Assembly: GCA_013265495.1 (NCBI GenBank)
Contig: MU058337.1
Coordinates: forward strand, 2,944,686 to 3,008,685
Origin: Vicugna vicugna
Lineage: Eukaryota
Direction: 5' to 3'
Length of the DNA: 64,000 bases
The notes beneath the pieces were generated by a model that saw only the letters and a program-made list of their open reading frames with translations, made no database searches and was not told where the DNA came from. Shown here piece by piece: positions 52,536 through 64,000 of this stretch (its first letter is position 1; every line of letters starts with the position of its first letter). Both the position numbers and the translations under genes were made by a program.

Positions 52536-53737
52536 TCATGAGTTGCCGAGAGATAAGTGAGTTGCATGAGAGGTACCCCCTCTGTTCTCTCCAGCATTCC
52601 TAGCGTTTTATTAAGGGGTAGGATCCAGGAATCTGTGCTGACTCATCACCTCATATAAGTGGAGAAAGTAGTTAACTTAAAAGCACCTAAGATTCATCAG
52701 TATGTGCTGTGATAACCTCCTGCTTCCTAAAGATCATCCTTCAAATATGCCATGTTTGTACTTTTCCCCAAATATCTGCTAAATTTAAAAGATTACAGTA
52801 CAAAAAAATATCTAATGTGTTGACAAGAACATAACTAAAGTATTAATCATTTGCTTTGGATGTTTACCCAGATATTAATTCCTTAGAGTGTACCCTCTTC
52901 AAATAGACATGTACACACTTAAAATAGTTATTTACCCAATAAAACACACATGCATCGATGCAGAGGCCTTCAGCTGGGAGTGCTCATTAAAACGACTTTT
53001 GGTTCTATTTCCTAATGCCAGTCCCAGTGACACAAGTGTCATTGCCATCACTTGTGCAAACTAAGCTGAAGAGGCTCCCTCAAGAGAGAAATAGAAAATC
53101 GGGCAGGAAATGCTGTCAACATCACCAGCGGCCCTGTGCCCAAGGGTGTGAGTGGCTGAGACAGCTTCCTTTATTATAATTGTAATTATGGTCCTCACCC
53201 CTTTCCCACGGTGCAGATGACTTCTCCGCCCCGCCATATTTGAGAGTTCCTTCTTATCCTTGATAACTGAATACTGAATTATACTTGGCCTTCCGATGTT
53301 TTCTGTCCTCTGTCTCTACTTTGAGAAGTTCTGTTCTTATAGTTAACCACTCAGCATGAAGTTAAGGGCTCTAAGACTTTATCTCAAGGTCTGACCTCTC
53401 CATCAGCTCTGAGTCCAAAAGGGCTTCTGAATTAGAACTCCCACCGTAAGTGCAAATGAATGTGTGCACAAGTCAAACCCATGAGCTTATTGTCCCAGTT
53501 TCTTGCCTTGGACAGTGACTCTGCTGTCTTCACTGTCCTTCAGTCTCAATATTTGAATATATTTTTCTCTTTGCTCCATCTCCTTAATAGAATGCATCAT
53601 TTTACCCTTGAAATGTATCTCAGGTGCACGTTTTCTTCATCCTGACCACCATTTACCTGCATGGTTATGCTTGAACGAACATGATGTATTCCTACATGTT
53701 ATCAACAATTCTTCCAAATTCTTTATTGCGAAAGAAG

Positions 53738-53920
53738 AAGCAGGATGATATAGTGCTTAAGGCTGTGGGCTCCAAGGAAAGATGCCTGGATTCCTATACA
53801 GTTTCACTTCCACAACACTGTGGAGATTTGACAAAGTTAGTTAATGTTTCAACACCTCAATTTCTTCATCTGTGAAGAGGGGGCAGTGATGTTGTGGCAT
53901 GGGGTTACTTGCGGGTTTAT
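53738..53920 (+). mobile_element. MIR SINE
   Basis: ATAGTGCTTAAGGCTGTGGGCTC..GATGCCTGGATTC..AAGTTAGTTAA..CCTCAATTTCTTCATCTGTGAA. Confidence 0.8.
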
Positions 53921-55479
53921 CCACATAGCCCGCATTCGGCTAAGAATAATTCAGGGTCTGCTCTAGAAGTGACAGCGATGATATTTGTGTGACTTTGAGA
54001 CAATACACAGAACAAAATGCCACCCTATTTCCTTTAATATCTGATAAAATTCCTTCTGCCAGCTTTCATGGCTTCTGCAGATTGGCCCCATCTTATACTC
54101 AACACCAAAATTTGTTATTTTGTTTCTGATTTGATTAAGTAAATTATTAAAAATCTAAAATAATTGCTTACATCTTCTTAGCCATGCTAGCTAGCCTACT
54201 TTTTTTTTTTTTTTTTGCATAGTTGATCTCATTTGATTCTCACTACAGCACGAGCTCATGTTGGGAGAGGAAAGAGATTAGGCCAATTACAGGCAGTTAA
54301 AAGAAGATCTAAGTCTTTAATTGAGAAACCCTAAGTATTTGATTTTTCTTCCTACAAGAGCACCCTCTTTTAGCAGAAGAATTTTTAAAACATTTACTAT
54401 TATGAGTTTTGAAAAAAATATATATCATTAATAAGGGAATTCCAAGAGCCTCTGTTTGGAAAATAGTGAGTGTAGCAGTCTGAATTGCATGCTCCGGGAT
54501 GAAATAAATGCACTGATGTAATTCTTATGAATATGAGGTAATATCATGCAAAGAAAGACGTGCTTTCTCAAAACTTCAAAACAAGGAGAAATCTAAAATA
54601 AAACAAAAATTAATTGAAAAGAGAGATTACTTTTGTTTTCTGGGGTGGGAAAAATAAAAACACTTGCACACAAATAATTTTAACATAATGTATTATTTTA
54701 CCAGGTAACTTGTGTATAAAATGTGTTTTTTTTTTTCAGTTTATTTGGCTGCATACTCCTGGCCTCTTGATATAACAGCTATTTGTAACTCATTTTTTAT
54801 AGGGAGATGGAAATGAAATTCAGTCTTCAAAGACATTTTCACTCAATTTATTTTTCAAGTTTAGATGAAAAGCTGCAGTGAAATTTTATTGTGACATTGA
54901 AAAAAACAATTATACAAGTTTTTAAAGAAACAAAGTGATAAATACAATTTTTAAAATAAATAGAAAAGAAAGGTGAGATGCCAGATACTAGCACATGTCA
55001 TAAAGAAGATGAACCTTACAGAACAAAAGCATGTGTTTAATATTTCTTTATAACATAAAGTATAATGTGGTCTCCTGGAAAGATATATCATAAGAATAAT
55101 TGGTCAAAATTAGACCTTATTATATATATAAATATAAAAATAGAAGTATCACTGATACTATAATGTGGAACATTAAGCAAACAATTCTCTTTCAGGTCAA
55201 GTGGCTTGAAAAAATTTAGTCAAATTAGACCCTGAATTTCCGTGGTAGACCAAAATGTATAGCAGCTCTACTTAATTCTTTTAAAAATAATGAAATGCTA
55301 TATAACTGTTAGGTCTGTTTTAATAAAGAAAATTAAAGGAAGTAATGATGGAAAAAATCCTGTCTGAAAATATTTTACACAATCATAAGCAAAATAGAAA
55401 AGCAAAGAAGAGTACAGGTGATACAAATGTAATAAAAATCTATTATTTTTATTACAAAAAATCAGGAAAATTAAAGGAA

Positions 55480-55720
55480 ACATGGTAGATGGAACATGCT
55501 TCAATTCTGCTCAGGCATTAACCCCACTAAAATGTAAAAATACTTACAAAGCAATCAAATAGGCATGAAACTATAAGGACAAAAGAGACAGGATAGCAGA
55601 TAGCAGAATCCAAAAGAAGTCAGCAAAACTTGGCATTACGGAAAGTGGTGGCCTAGAGAAGGCAGAGAGTTGACCTAGAAAATGCAGGTTGTAAAGGGAG
55701 AGGAGGTGGAGGAGGCGAGT
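55480..55720 (+). mobile_element. HAL1 5' region fragment
   Basis: AACCCCACTAAAATG..GGCATGAAACTATAAGGACAAAAGAGACAGGA..AGCAGA matches the recalled HAL1 5' end. Confidence 0.5.
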
Positions 55721-58700
55721 CTTTATGGAGAAGGTGGTGTAGGAGAGAGATATGCTCAAATCCAAGTCTTGCGCCTTTGGTGACTGCCTGCTTCCTGGAT
55801 CCCACATCATCCTTTTCATGGTATAACCCCTCGGTTTGGTGTAGAGCATCCTCCAAACACCCCAGAGGTAATGACCTCTAAATCTAGGGTGAATGAGCTC
55901 CCATTATATCTGCATTCAAACGGAGGCCAATACTGTACAAGCTGGTACGTAATTTGGGGGAAGCTTCTATTCATCTGTATCTGAATATTTGTCATATACT
56001 AGAAGTATATTGTATTTTATAATTAATTTTATGTCTCAATTTTAATAAAAGCCAAAAGTCAAGATAAAATTATTTTTTCCCTAAGTAAACATCTTCTAGA
56101 AGTCAAACAGTGTGCTCTGAATTCTGATGACTTTTAAAACTACAAATAAAATGCACACTCTTTGCTTTTATGAACATACATTGATCAGAAACTATTTATA
56201 TCCTGAGGGAGAATGGATACTAAGGAGTCTAATTCTCTGCTTTTTTTTGTGTAGACACTTTATTCTTTCTTTATTTATTTTTTTAGCTCAAAGGAACTTC
56301 ATGTGATATTTCAAATTAGAACTAAAATTAACTTATTCCAATTAATTTATATTTGCTTTTTTAAATTAGTCTGATAATATGTAAAGTAAACTCACATTCC
56401 CCAAGTGCTCTGAGACATTTCAGAGAGATGCACATTTCAGGAAAATACTGAACAGACAGGCTTGGATCACTCGCCACGAAAGCATCCTGCCTTCAGAGAG
56501 AAAACAGAGCTGGAGAGATCTTAATACAAGGACATCAAATGCTTTCAGTAATTCATTATTTGAATATATATTACTGAAAGCAGTTTCAACTGTATCTTAC
56601 CTTTTTAAACAATAAATGGATGCCAAAGAGAGGTCCTTAAGAATAGGCCTGCTACCAGAAACCCTGACTCAGTGAGGGGCACAAGGTAACAAAAGGAAAT
56701 GCGATTTCCCAAATGCCAAACAAAGCACGTCTCCCCGAGTGATCGCACACATCCACAACAATCCAAAGAGTGAGAAGCAAAAATGAAAGCATCGTTATGG
56801 AGAGTGCAGGCACCCTCATCCGTGTGCTCTGGAGCACAGCATCCTCCAGTCCAGACAGCCGTGTGTTTCCCTAGTCTATCTCCCAGGACAGAAGGATGTC
56901 TGGACAGCAGAAAGTGGCACCTCAATTCTGAGTCTCCTTTAGGCCCCTGGGTTTGGACATCTCAGAGCATCGTTTACCTCTCGTCATTATCTGATACGGC
57001 TTCATCATTGACCTTGAGCCAATCCACCCATCCATATTCTCTATCTCTCAATCTTTCTTTTTTTTCTTTATTTCCTGCAGGTATTGGCTTGCTTAAAAAG
57101 CTGTCATAAATTCATTTCTAGTTTGATCTCAAGGGGAGAAATGTGCTCATCACATCCAAACCCGTTTCCTTAGCATCAGATGGATAATAGCAATAACAGA
57201 GGATATTTACCCCAAGGCTGCTTCTGGGAACTTCAACAAAGTCATTCCTAAAAAACATGTCAGACAAAGACATGTTCAAACCGAGCTGCAGATAAGATGG
57301 GACCCACCCTCTCTGTCTCCCACAGAGTGAAGTCATGCAGCTCCACACTCAGCCAATTATTAGCGTTAAAGCTTGACAACCACCCGCAGTAGGAAAAAGT
57401 AAACAACGGTGCTTAACTCATGTGGGAGAACATTGTCTACCACTCCTGAGACGACACCTTGAGAATATCCCGCCCGATGTGCCCCACACACAAGGGCACA
57501 TCGTGTTACAGAAAATGATTCCTATAACTTGGCTATGTTTTAAAAAGTAATTTTTCCCCCACAATTTCACATCTAAATGCTCAGTGTATTATTTGGCCTG
57601 AAAGATTTCAGTGACCTCTTTTCTTCTTTAAGCAGCTTTCTTAGAAAACATCCATTATATCAATAACAGATTGCTATAAATTATATGCATTTACTGAAAG
57701 CAAATGAAACAAAATTTATTGCAACTCACATTGTAATTTCACTATGTGTGCTCATAATGTTTTCTACCATATAATCTTCAGTTACAACCTGATAGCTTAT
57801 AAAAGTGTATAGTTGAAAAATAATCTTGACAGTTGAAAGTGCATTAGGTTTTTCTAACCTAATTTGATTGGAGTATGTTTTTACTTTCTTTTAGAAATTC
57901 ATTTTTAAAATTGATCCCCAGATCAGTTGTGGGTTCTTTCATTGCACCCTAAATTCAAACTTCAAAACATTTGCTTCTTCAGTTGGCCTTATGAGGGCAA
58001 GAATCATATCACCATGATACCTTGAAGGAAGTTATCAAGTGTCATAAACAACTTAATTTAGATCTTAAGCTTGACTGTCAAAGAGAACGAGTGATTCAAC
58101 TTTGCTCCCACTTGAAAGCTCCCTTCTAAGACCCTGGAGATTTATGTGGGGCAGGTTATTATACTTCACTTACTAATCAGAGCTCTCAGTCCCTTGGCAA
58201 CCTGCATACTTTGTTTCCCCCACACCAGCATTCCTAGGTCCCCCCTCCCCAGATGATTTATTTCCCTATTGCTACAGCCCATGGGCACGTTACATACTTT
58301 AAAACAACACATTAATCTATAGTTTTCCAGCCCAGACAGCAGACACCGCCGTCCTTCTTGATAACCACCTCTGTCTGTTACAAAGGACCATTCCTGATTT
58401 AGGCCACAGTCAAGAAACTGGAGGGGAGGACGTGTCACACGCCAGTCCCCAAACTTAAGTTTAGGCAAACTGCCAGATGAGTGCAAAAGCCACAGCTGCA
58501 AATTTTCATTGAAAACACCCTACACAAGTCTCTGATGCCTAATTTTGACTATTTGTGGCTGGGCCTTCTTGGGAATTAATAGAAAATAAAAGGACCCACA
58601 TGCGTAATGGTTCATGTTTATCAGATACAGAGGTGGATATGATTTAATGTGTGGTCCAGACCTTTCTCTCTTCGCCTCGGCTAGCATCAGTGAATCTGAT

Positions 58701-59204
58701 CCCTTGGATCTCTGGTCTTCACCCCAGGTACATTTTATATTCACAGTAAAACCTTAAACTAATAACTTTGGATTTATTTTCCATTTTCCATGCACTAATT
58801 TGGGGGGGAAAAAAAACAAAAACCTTTCAACTTTTTGCCAGAATAGGAGCAAATAGAGTTAGTCTGTCTTTAAAGTAAAGCAGACCCACTCCAAGCACAA
58901 AAATTCTTCTATGTTCAAATCGTTCTTTAACGTGTTTTATTCAGAATTATTTCATTGCCTAGAATGTAAGGTACATGCTCAGGGTCTCACACAATTCTCA
59001 TCAAGCACAGATTCATATTGATTACAAGAACACACGGCATTTAAAGGAAAAAGAATGAAGACATTTTCACTTCTAAGTTTTACTCATCCACACTATATCC
59101 ACTGAGTAAAAGCAGCATGTGTGTGTGTGTGACAATTGATTTCATTCTGTTGATATATATTTCTATATTATTTTCAGAATTCTGCAATTTGGCTCACCAG
59201 CTTT

Positions 59205-59570
59205 CTTTTTTTTTAATTCCTTCTTTATACATGCATATTTAAAAAAATGAAACATCATAATAAATAGCAAAAATGCTGTTATCCATCACTTGCTACCTTC
59301 TTCCTCTCTCTGCTTAGAAATAATCACATTCTTAAAGTTTTAAATATGTTTCTTTCATGTCTTGAAGTTTTTATTTTATGTTTGAAGTATATATGTTTAC
59401 ACGTGTGCATATTTGTATATCCATGTATGCACATCCATATATACATATAATTTTAAATGTTTTAGTGTATATATATATATATAATTCTATTCCTTATTAT
59501 TCTTCATGAAATGCTATTTTTTAAATTAAGCATTCAAATCTAAATTCATTTATTTTAATTAATTGCTGAA
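59205..59570 (-). mobile_element. Old L1ME-type 3' end with TA-rich tracts
   Basis: ATACATGCATATTTAAAAAAATGAAACA..CTTAGAAATAATCACATTCTTAAAGTTT. Confidence 0.5.
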
Positions 59571-60589
59571 TAAATGGCTCCCAAGTTCAGCCCTTGTAAT
59601 CTCTATAAATAAAATTAATTTCAACAATTATATCTAAAACCAAAACCCTACAATATTAGGTCTGACCTACTTTAGAGGATTAAGGTTCTTTAACCAGGAG
59701 TCTAGAACTTGACTTCCAAGTTCTAACCACGTAAACCTCAGTGTAATCCAATTAATTGAAATGCTCTTGTAACCTAGATTGATGACCTAGCACTTACCAT
59801 TAACTCTAGGTGGCTGACGGTGAATGCTCAAGAAAAATGAGGCTCATAATTCACCTAAAGTATGTAATCCTAGACCAGAAGGAATTTTTCCTTCTGACCA
59901 CACGTACCCTAATTTTTCACTCAGCGTAAATTGTGGGAACCTTCTTAGTCGCTCAGGCTGAGCCACCGCTTGACTTACATGTTTCAGTGTTTAAGGCACT
60001 AAAAGAGTCATAGTTTTGCTCTGACTACAATTTTCTTTTTATAACTAAATTTCCCTTACCCAAAATGGGCTTGTGTTAGTTTCTTGATACTTTCCTGTGC
60101 AGCGGCCTGTCTAGGAAGCTTGTAAGACTGAAAGTGTTTTAAAACACCTAAACTCTGCAGCAAAGGTGCAGTAAAAGAACATCCCTTACTGTTTATACCT
60201 GGAAGAGTCTCTCTTTGCAATGAGGGCTTTGCACAATCAATGGGTTTTTTCAAGTTATGCAGGTGGAATAGGTTCATAGCTTACTTCCCATTGACAAATC
60301 ACTCAAACAAGGATGTGAAAGCATGAACACACAGACACACCACACCAGCCAGGATCGCAGTGTGTCGTGTGTGTGTGGGTGTGTGTGTGCATGTTTTGTA
60401 ATTTCTACTTATTGGAAACCCTGCAAAAGCATCTTCCGGTGAACAATTAAATATATTTGCAGTGTGATTTCTTTCCAAATTTTGGACATTTCTTCTATTG
60501 CATCCATCCTAAGCTAGGCAGACTGGTAAAGCATCAACAAACATCCTTAAAACTTTCCGAGGCTGGCTTCAAGCTCTGCCTGATGTACT

Positions 60590-61525
60590 ATTTATGGCTT
60601 GAATGGCGTCCAGTAAATTGCTTACCAAGTAGCTGACTATCGATCCCTGCCCAGCCCACTCCATGCAGTGGTTTCACCGACGACGTATTGCTCAGGCCAA
60701 AAAAGAGCGTCATCCTTGACGCAGCTCCTCCCCTCCTCCCCCACCCGCAACTCATCAGCTCGTTCCTCCTCCCAACTGTTGTGAACGCGCTCACTTCTCT
60801 TCACAGTCACTGCTAAAACCCTGGCCCAAACCACAGCCATTCTTTGCCTGGACTACTGACTCATCTGTTCTCTTCAATGTTTCCATGCCTCCCCTTCTTC
60901 AAAGATAATTTCTCCATCCCATAGACAGAGGGAGCTTTCTTCAGGCCACATGACGGCCCTTTTGAAGAACTCTCAACATTTTCTCATTGATTTAGGAAGA
61001 AAATACAGTCTCCTTTCATGGCCCAGCTGCTCAGCTTCCTGCCTGTGTCTCTGGCATGAAGTGCCTCTACTTTTCCATTTCTTATTGGGTGCAGATAACA
61101 CCATTTCTGCTGATCCCTTAAGCCTGACAGTTTGTCCTCCTTTGAGGCCATTTCTTTTTATTTCCCCACCCACTGGCATTATCTGAGCGCAGACTTTCAC
61201 ACTGCTGGCTCTTTCCATTCAGGTCTTAGCTCCAAAGTCTGAGACTCTGAGTCCCAGGATCACCCAGTCTAAAGAAATCCTCCCTGCTCTGACACGATCA
61301 CAACACTGCTCTACGCTCTCCATCATGCTAGGATGCATTGAAACATTCACTTATATGTTAATTATTATATATGTACATGTCTTCCCACATTTATATGGTA
61401 CGCATCATATTTATGTATTATTCATACAGTGTGTGTCTTAACCCATTAAGCTCTATGAGAACAATTACTTAACATTGTTCCCACAGGGCCAGAATATAGG
61501 AAGCGTTTAAATATTTCTCAAATAC
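60590..61525 (+). mobile_element. L2 LINE, about 0.9 kb of 3' portion
   Basis: TTGCTCAGGCCAAAA..GTCATCCTTGAC..CCCTGGCCCAAACCACAGCCATTCTTTGCCTGGACTACTG..CATTCAGGTCTTAGCTC..TAAGCTCTATGAGA. Confidence 0.85.
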
Positions 61526-62199
61526 ATGCCGCTTTTGAGTCCTGGTGCCTTCATTTGTAACATGTGGTATAAGAGCCTCAGTGTTATAGCATGACTTGTA
61601 AGAGTGGCTCTGCCTCAGAAGTACCTGCTGTAAGGAGATGCTGTAGAAAAGAGGTGCTACATATAGACTCCTTGTTCCACAGTCTTCAGCATAAAGTCTT
61701 TACCAGGCCGGACCCTCCGCTCCTGAAGGCTGTCAGTCTTCCTCGGTCATCATAATCTTCATATAACACAGTAAGCGTACACAATTTGAGTGGCAAAACT
61801 CAGGCTATATTCCACATTTCCTTTATTTTCTATTAGTGTGGTAGAGTTTATTTATTATTATCTGCCAGCCTTATCTCTAGTGAGCCCCGTGGGAAGGTGC
61901 CCTAACTAATGCTATTTAACACTTTTATTTTTACAATTGAATAGAAAGTAAGTACTTTAAAATAAACATTTGCTTAATTTATGAGAAAAATAACACCTGC
62001 AAAATAAAAAATCGACTAATGAAAAATTTTACGCCAGGATCTCTTTGAAAGGCCAGCTTCATTAAAGCATGTAAAAAAAATTTTATGAAATACAGCAATG
62101 CAGTGATTCTATAAGAAAGATATATTTGTACTAATTAAGGCTCCAACATAGATAGTAGATCCTCAGGAAACCAAACTAAGAGGAAGATCATTGGACCGT

Positions 62200-62325
62200 C
62201 AGGAAGGTATTTCAATCACTCAGAAAAATGAGGGTAATAAGTGTGCCCATCCCCTAAGGATTAAGAGGATGACATCAAATAATTTTTTTGTACTTTGCTT
62301 AGCACAGTGCGAGCTCATGGTAAGA
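62200..62325 (+). mobile_element. MIR fragment
   Basis: AAAATGAGGGTAATAA..GAGGAT..GCTTAGCACAGTGC..CATGGTAAG. Confidence 0.6.
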
Positions 62326-62649
62326 AACCAGAAATCCAGCAAGATAATTTAGCCAAACTGAAAACTACCAAAATGTCAAACACATGGGCATATAAACGCT
62401 GGGATGGTATTAACAGAATCTCCCATTTCTTCCTGATACCCATCATCCCTTTTGCTCTTTTCAGATAATAAAGAAGCTTCCTATATATATTGATCCAGGG
62501 TAAACGAAAGAAAAGATAGCTGAGAATAAATATTCCTATTTTATTTATTTTTTTGTTTTGTTTTATCTTTCTATGGGGTAAACATTCCAAGTAGGCACCA
62601 AAACTCATCACAAAGGCAACGCAAACACTCTTGATGTGACAGAGAAGTT

Positions 62650-63045
62650 TGTGGTAGAGACTAGTACTTTCCTCACTATCCCTGTCTCTTCTTCTTCCTC
62701 TAGCCTCCCTTGTCATTAAGTATGGCCCGGTGACTGACAGAAACCATCTGACGGCTGGTCCCTAACCATGTTTCTTGCGATCCTCTACTCTGTCTTTATC
62801 ACATCCCAGCCAGCAGGCTGGATGGCAACACCTGGGGCAAACATGGAAGCCACATGCTGAAGAAGGGAGAGCTGCCACCCGCTGAGAGCCTAGACCCTCT
62901 CCGTGATTTAGTGGCTCCCTTGCTCCTGGACCCCCTCACTTCCCTCATCCTGATTAGACTTGATACAAATTAGAAACTTTCTACGTATCTTAAGTCATGG
63001 GGGTTTCTGGGTTTGATTGCAACTGTTGGTCACATTGCCTTGTGC
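62650..63045 (+). mobile_element. MLT1I/J-like MaLR LTR
   Basis: TGTGGTAGAGACT..AGCCTCCCTTG..TGGCCCGGTGACTGA..TGGAAGCCACATGCTGAAGA..GAGCCTAGACCCT..AAACTTTCTA..TTAAGTCA. Confidence 0.8.
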
Positions 63046-64000
63046 ACTGGGACATAAAAAATCTGTTTCTCTTGGGAGAGTTAAGCATTTTGGAGAGCAA
63101 ACAGCAAAGCTTTGAGTACTCAGAAGAAGATGTTATTGATAAGATGGGAATCTATGTGACTAGAACTCAAATACTAGTTGGTGAGCAAGACCTGGTTTAG
63201 TATTTCACCCTGCAGAGTCAAGCTAAGAAAGGAGATAAGAATGAATTTTCAGAAAATTTGGGTGGTTCTATAGTATAAAAAAGCAGATATTAAATTTGTG
63301 AGGTATAGCCAAAAGACACAAGTTACTTCTAGGTGTCCCGTTTCCAGCACTCTCCAAGATGGTAGAGGATCAGTGGCTGGGGAAGAATTTTAGGTGGATG
63401 GGTCCTACCTGGGGTGGCTTCTCTATGCCTCATGCCCTCCACAGCAGTGGGAGAGGCTGGTTGGAAGTGTTCTATGTCCTGAGCAAGGTGTGAAGAGAGA
63501 GGTGTGTTGGCCAGATGTGGCTTTGCTGGAGGGGCGGACAGATTGGGACGTTCTCTATGTGGGAGGAGATGGGGGTGAAAATTCTGTGCTGCGGTGCTTT
63601 GAAAGTGACGAGGAGGGAAACACCTTTCCAAACAAAAGGGAGCGTAGCCTCCTGCCAAAGTGAGAAAGTGTGTAGTTAAATGAAATTATTCATGTAGGGC
63701 CTTTCCGTATGATTTTTTTTAATATGTTAAATCATTGGGATGACCATGTGTTCATACTCTTTGCATTTCAATTCTTAACTGAGGCAACACTGGAGTACTT
63801 TACAGTTTGTTTAAAAAATGAGAAAAGACTCCACTGCCCTGTTACATAGTATGTGGTTTTCACTTAACAGTTCATGGAATACATGGTACCTATTGCCCTG
63901 AATGTCTTTTATCACTGAAACATGAATATATTCACTTCCTAAGTAAAACCACAGGTTTGGGCACATCAATATGGGGAATGGAAAGTCTCTAAATTAAGCC

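Noticed and set aside
57055..57090. Strong pyrimidine tract plus CTGCAG|GTATTG
   Set aside because: Poor donor and an early stop downstream; no independent support for an exon or recursive site.
60320..60395. CA-rich arm followed by a TG-rich arm forming a possible hairpin or pre-miRNA
   Set aside because: Pairing comes from low-complexity dinucleotide repeats.
244..63663. All ORFs in the supplied six-frame track (60-188 aa)
   Set aside because: No recognisable domain; composition is rich in L/S/F/C as expected for random AT-rich DNA; many overlap repeats or microsatellites; no coherent exon chain.

Overview
AT-rich, non-coding mammalian genomic DNA, either intergenic or deep in an intron. 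The only young repeat I recognise is an L1 3' end (11526-11748) resembling camelid L1. No Alu, B1/B2, Bov-tA, PRE-1, CHR-2 or Can-SINE is visible, so a camelid (alpaca/llama/camel) origin is my best inference. I find no supportable protein-coding exon, RNA gene or CRISPR array. The listed ORFs look like chance frames, and the only protein-like signal is a dead L1 ORF2 fragment. The window is a mosaic of old eutherian repeats (MIR, L2, L1M, HAL1, MER5, MER20, MER45, MER115-like, MADE2, MLT1), two ERV1-type solo LTRs with target-site duplications (TSDs), microsatellites, and repeat-free stretches that may be enhancers. All repeat family names come from recalled consensus sequences, not from a search, and most boundaries are approximate. 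I see no evidence for a new biological system. The most notable items are an L1 5'UTR fused directly to ORF2 and nested in HAL1, a 70-bp dispersed duplication, LTR-borne regulatory motifs, and a recursive-splice-like motif.
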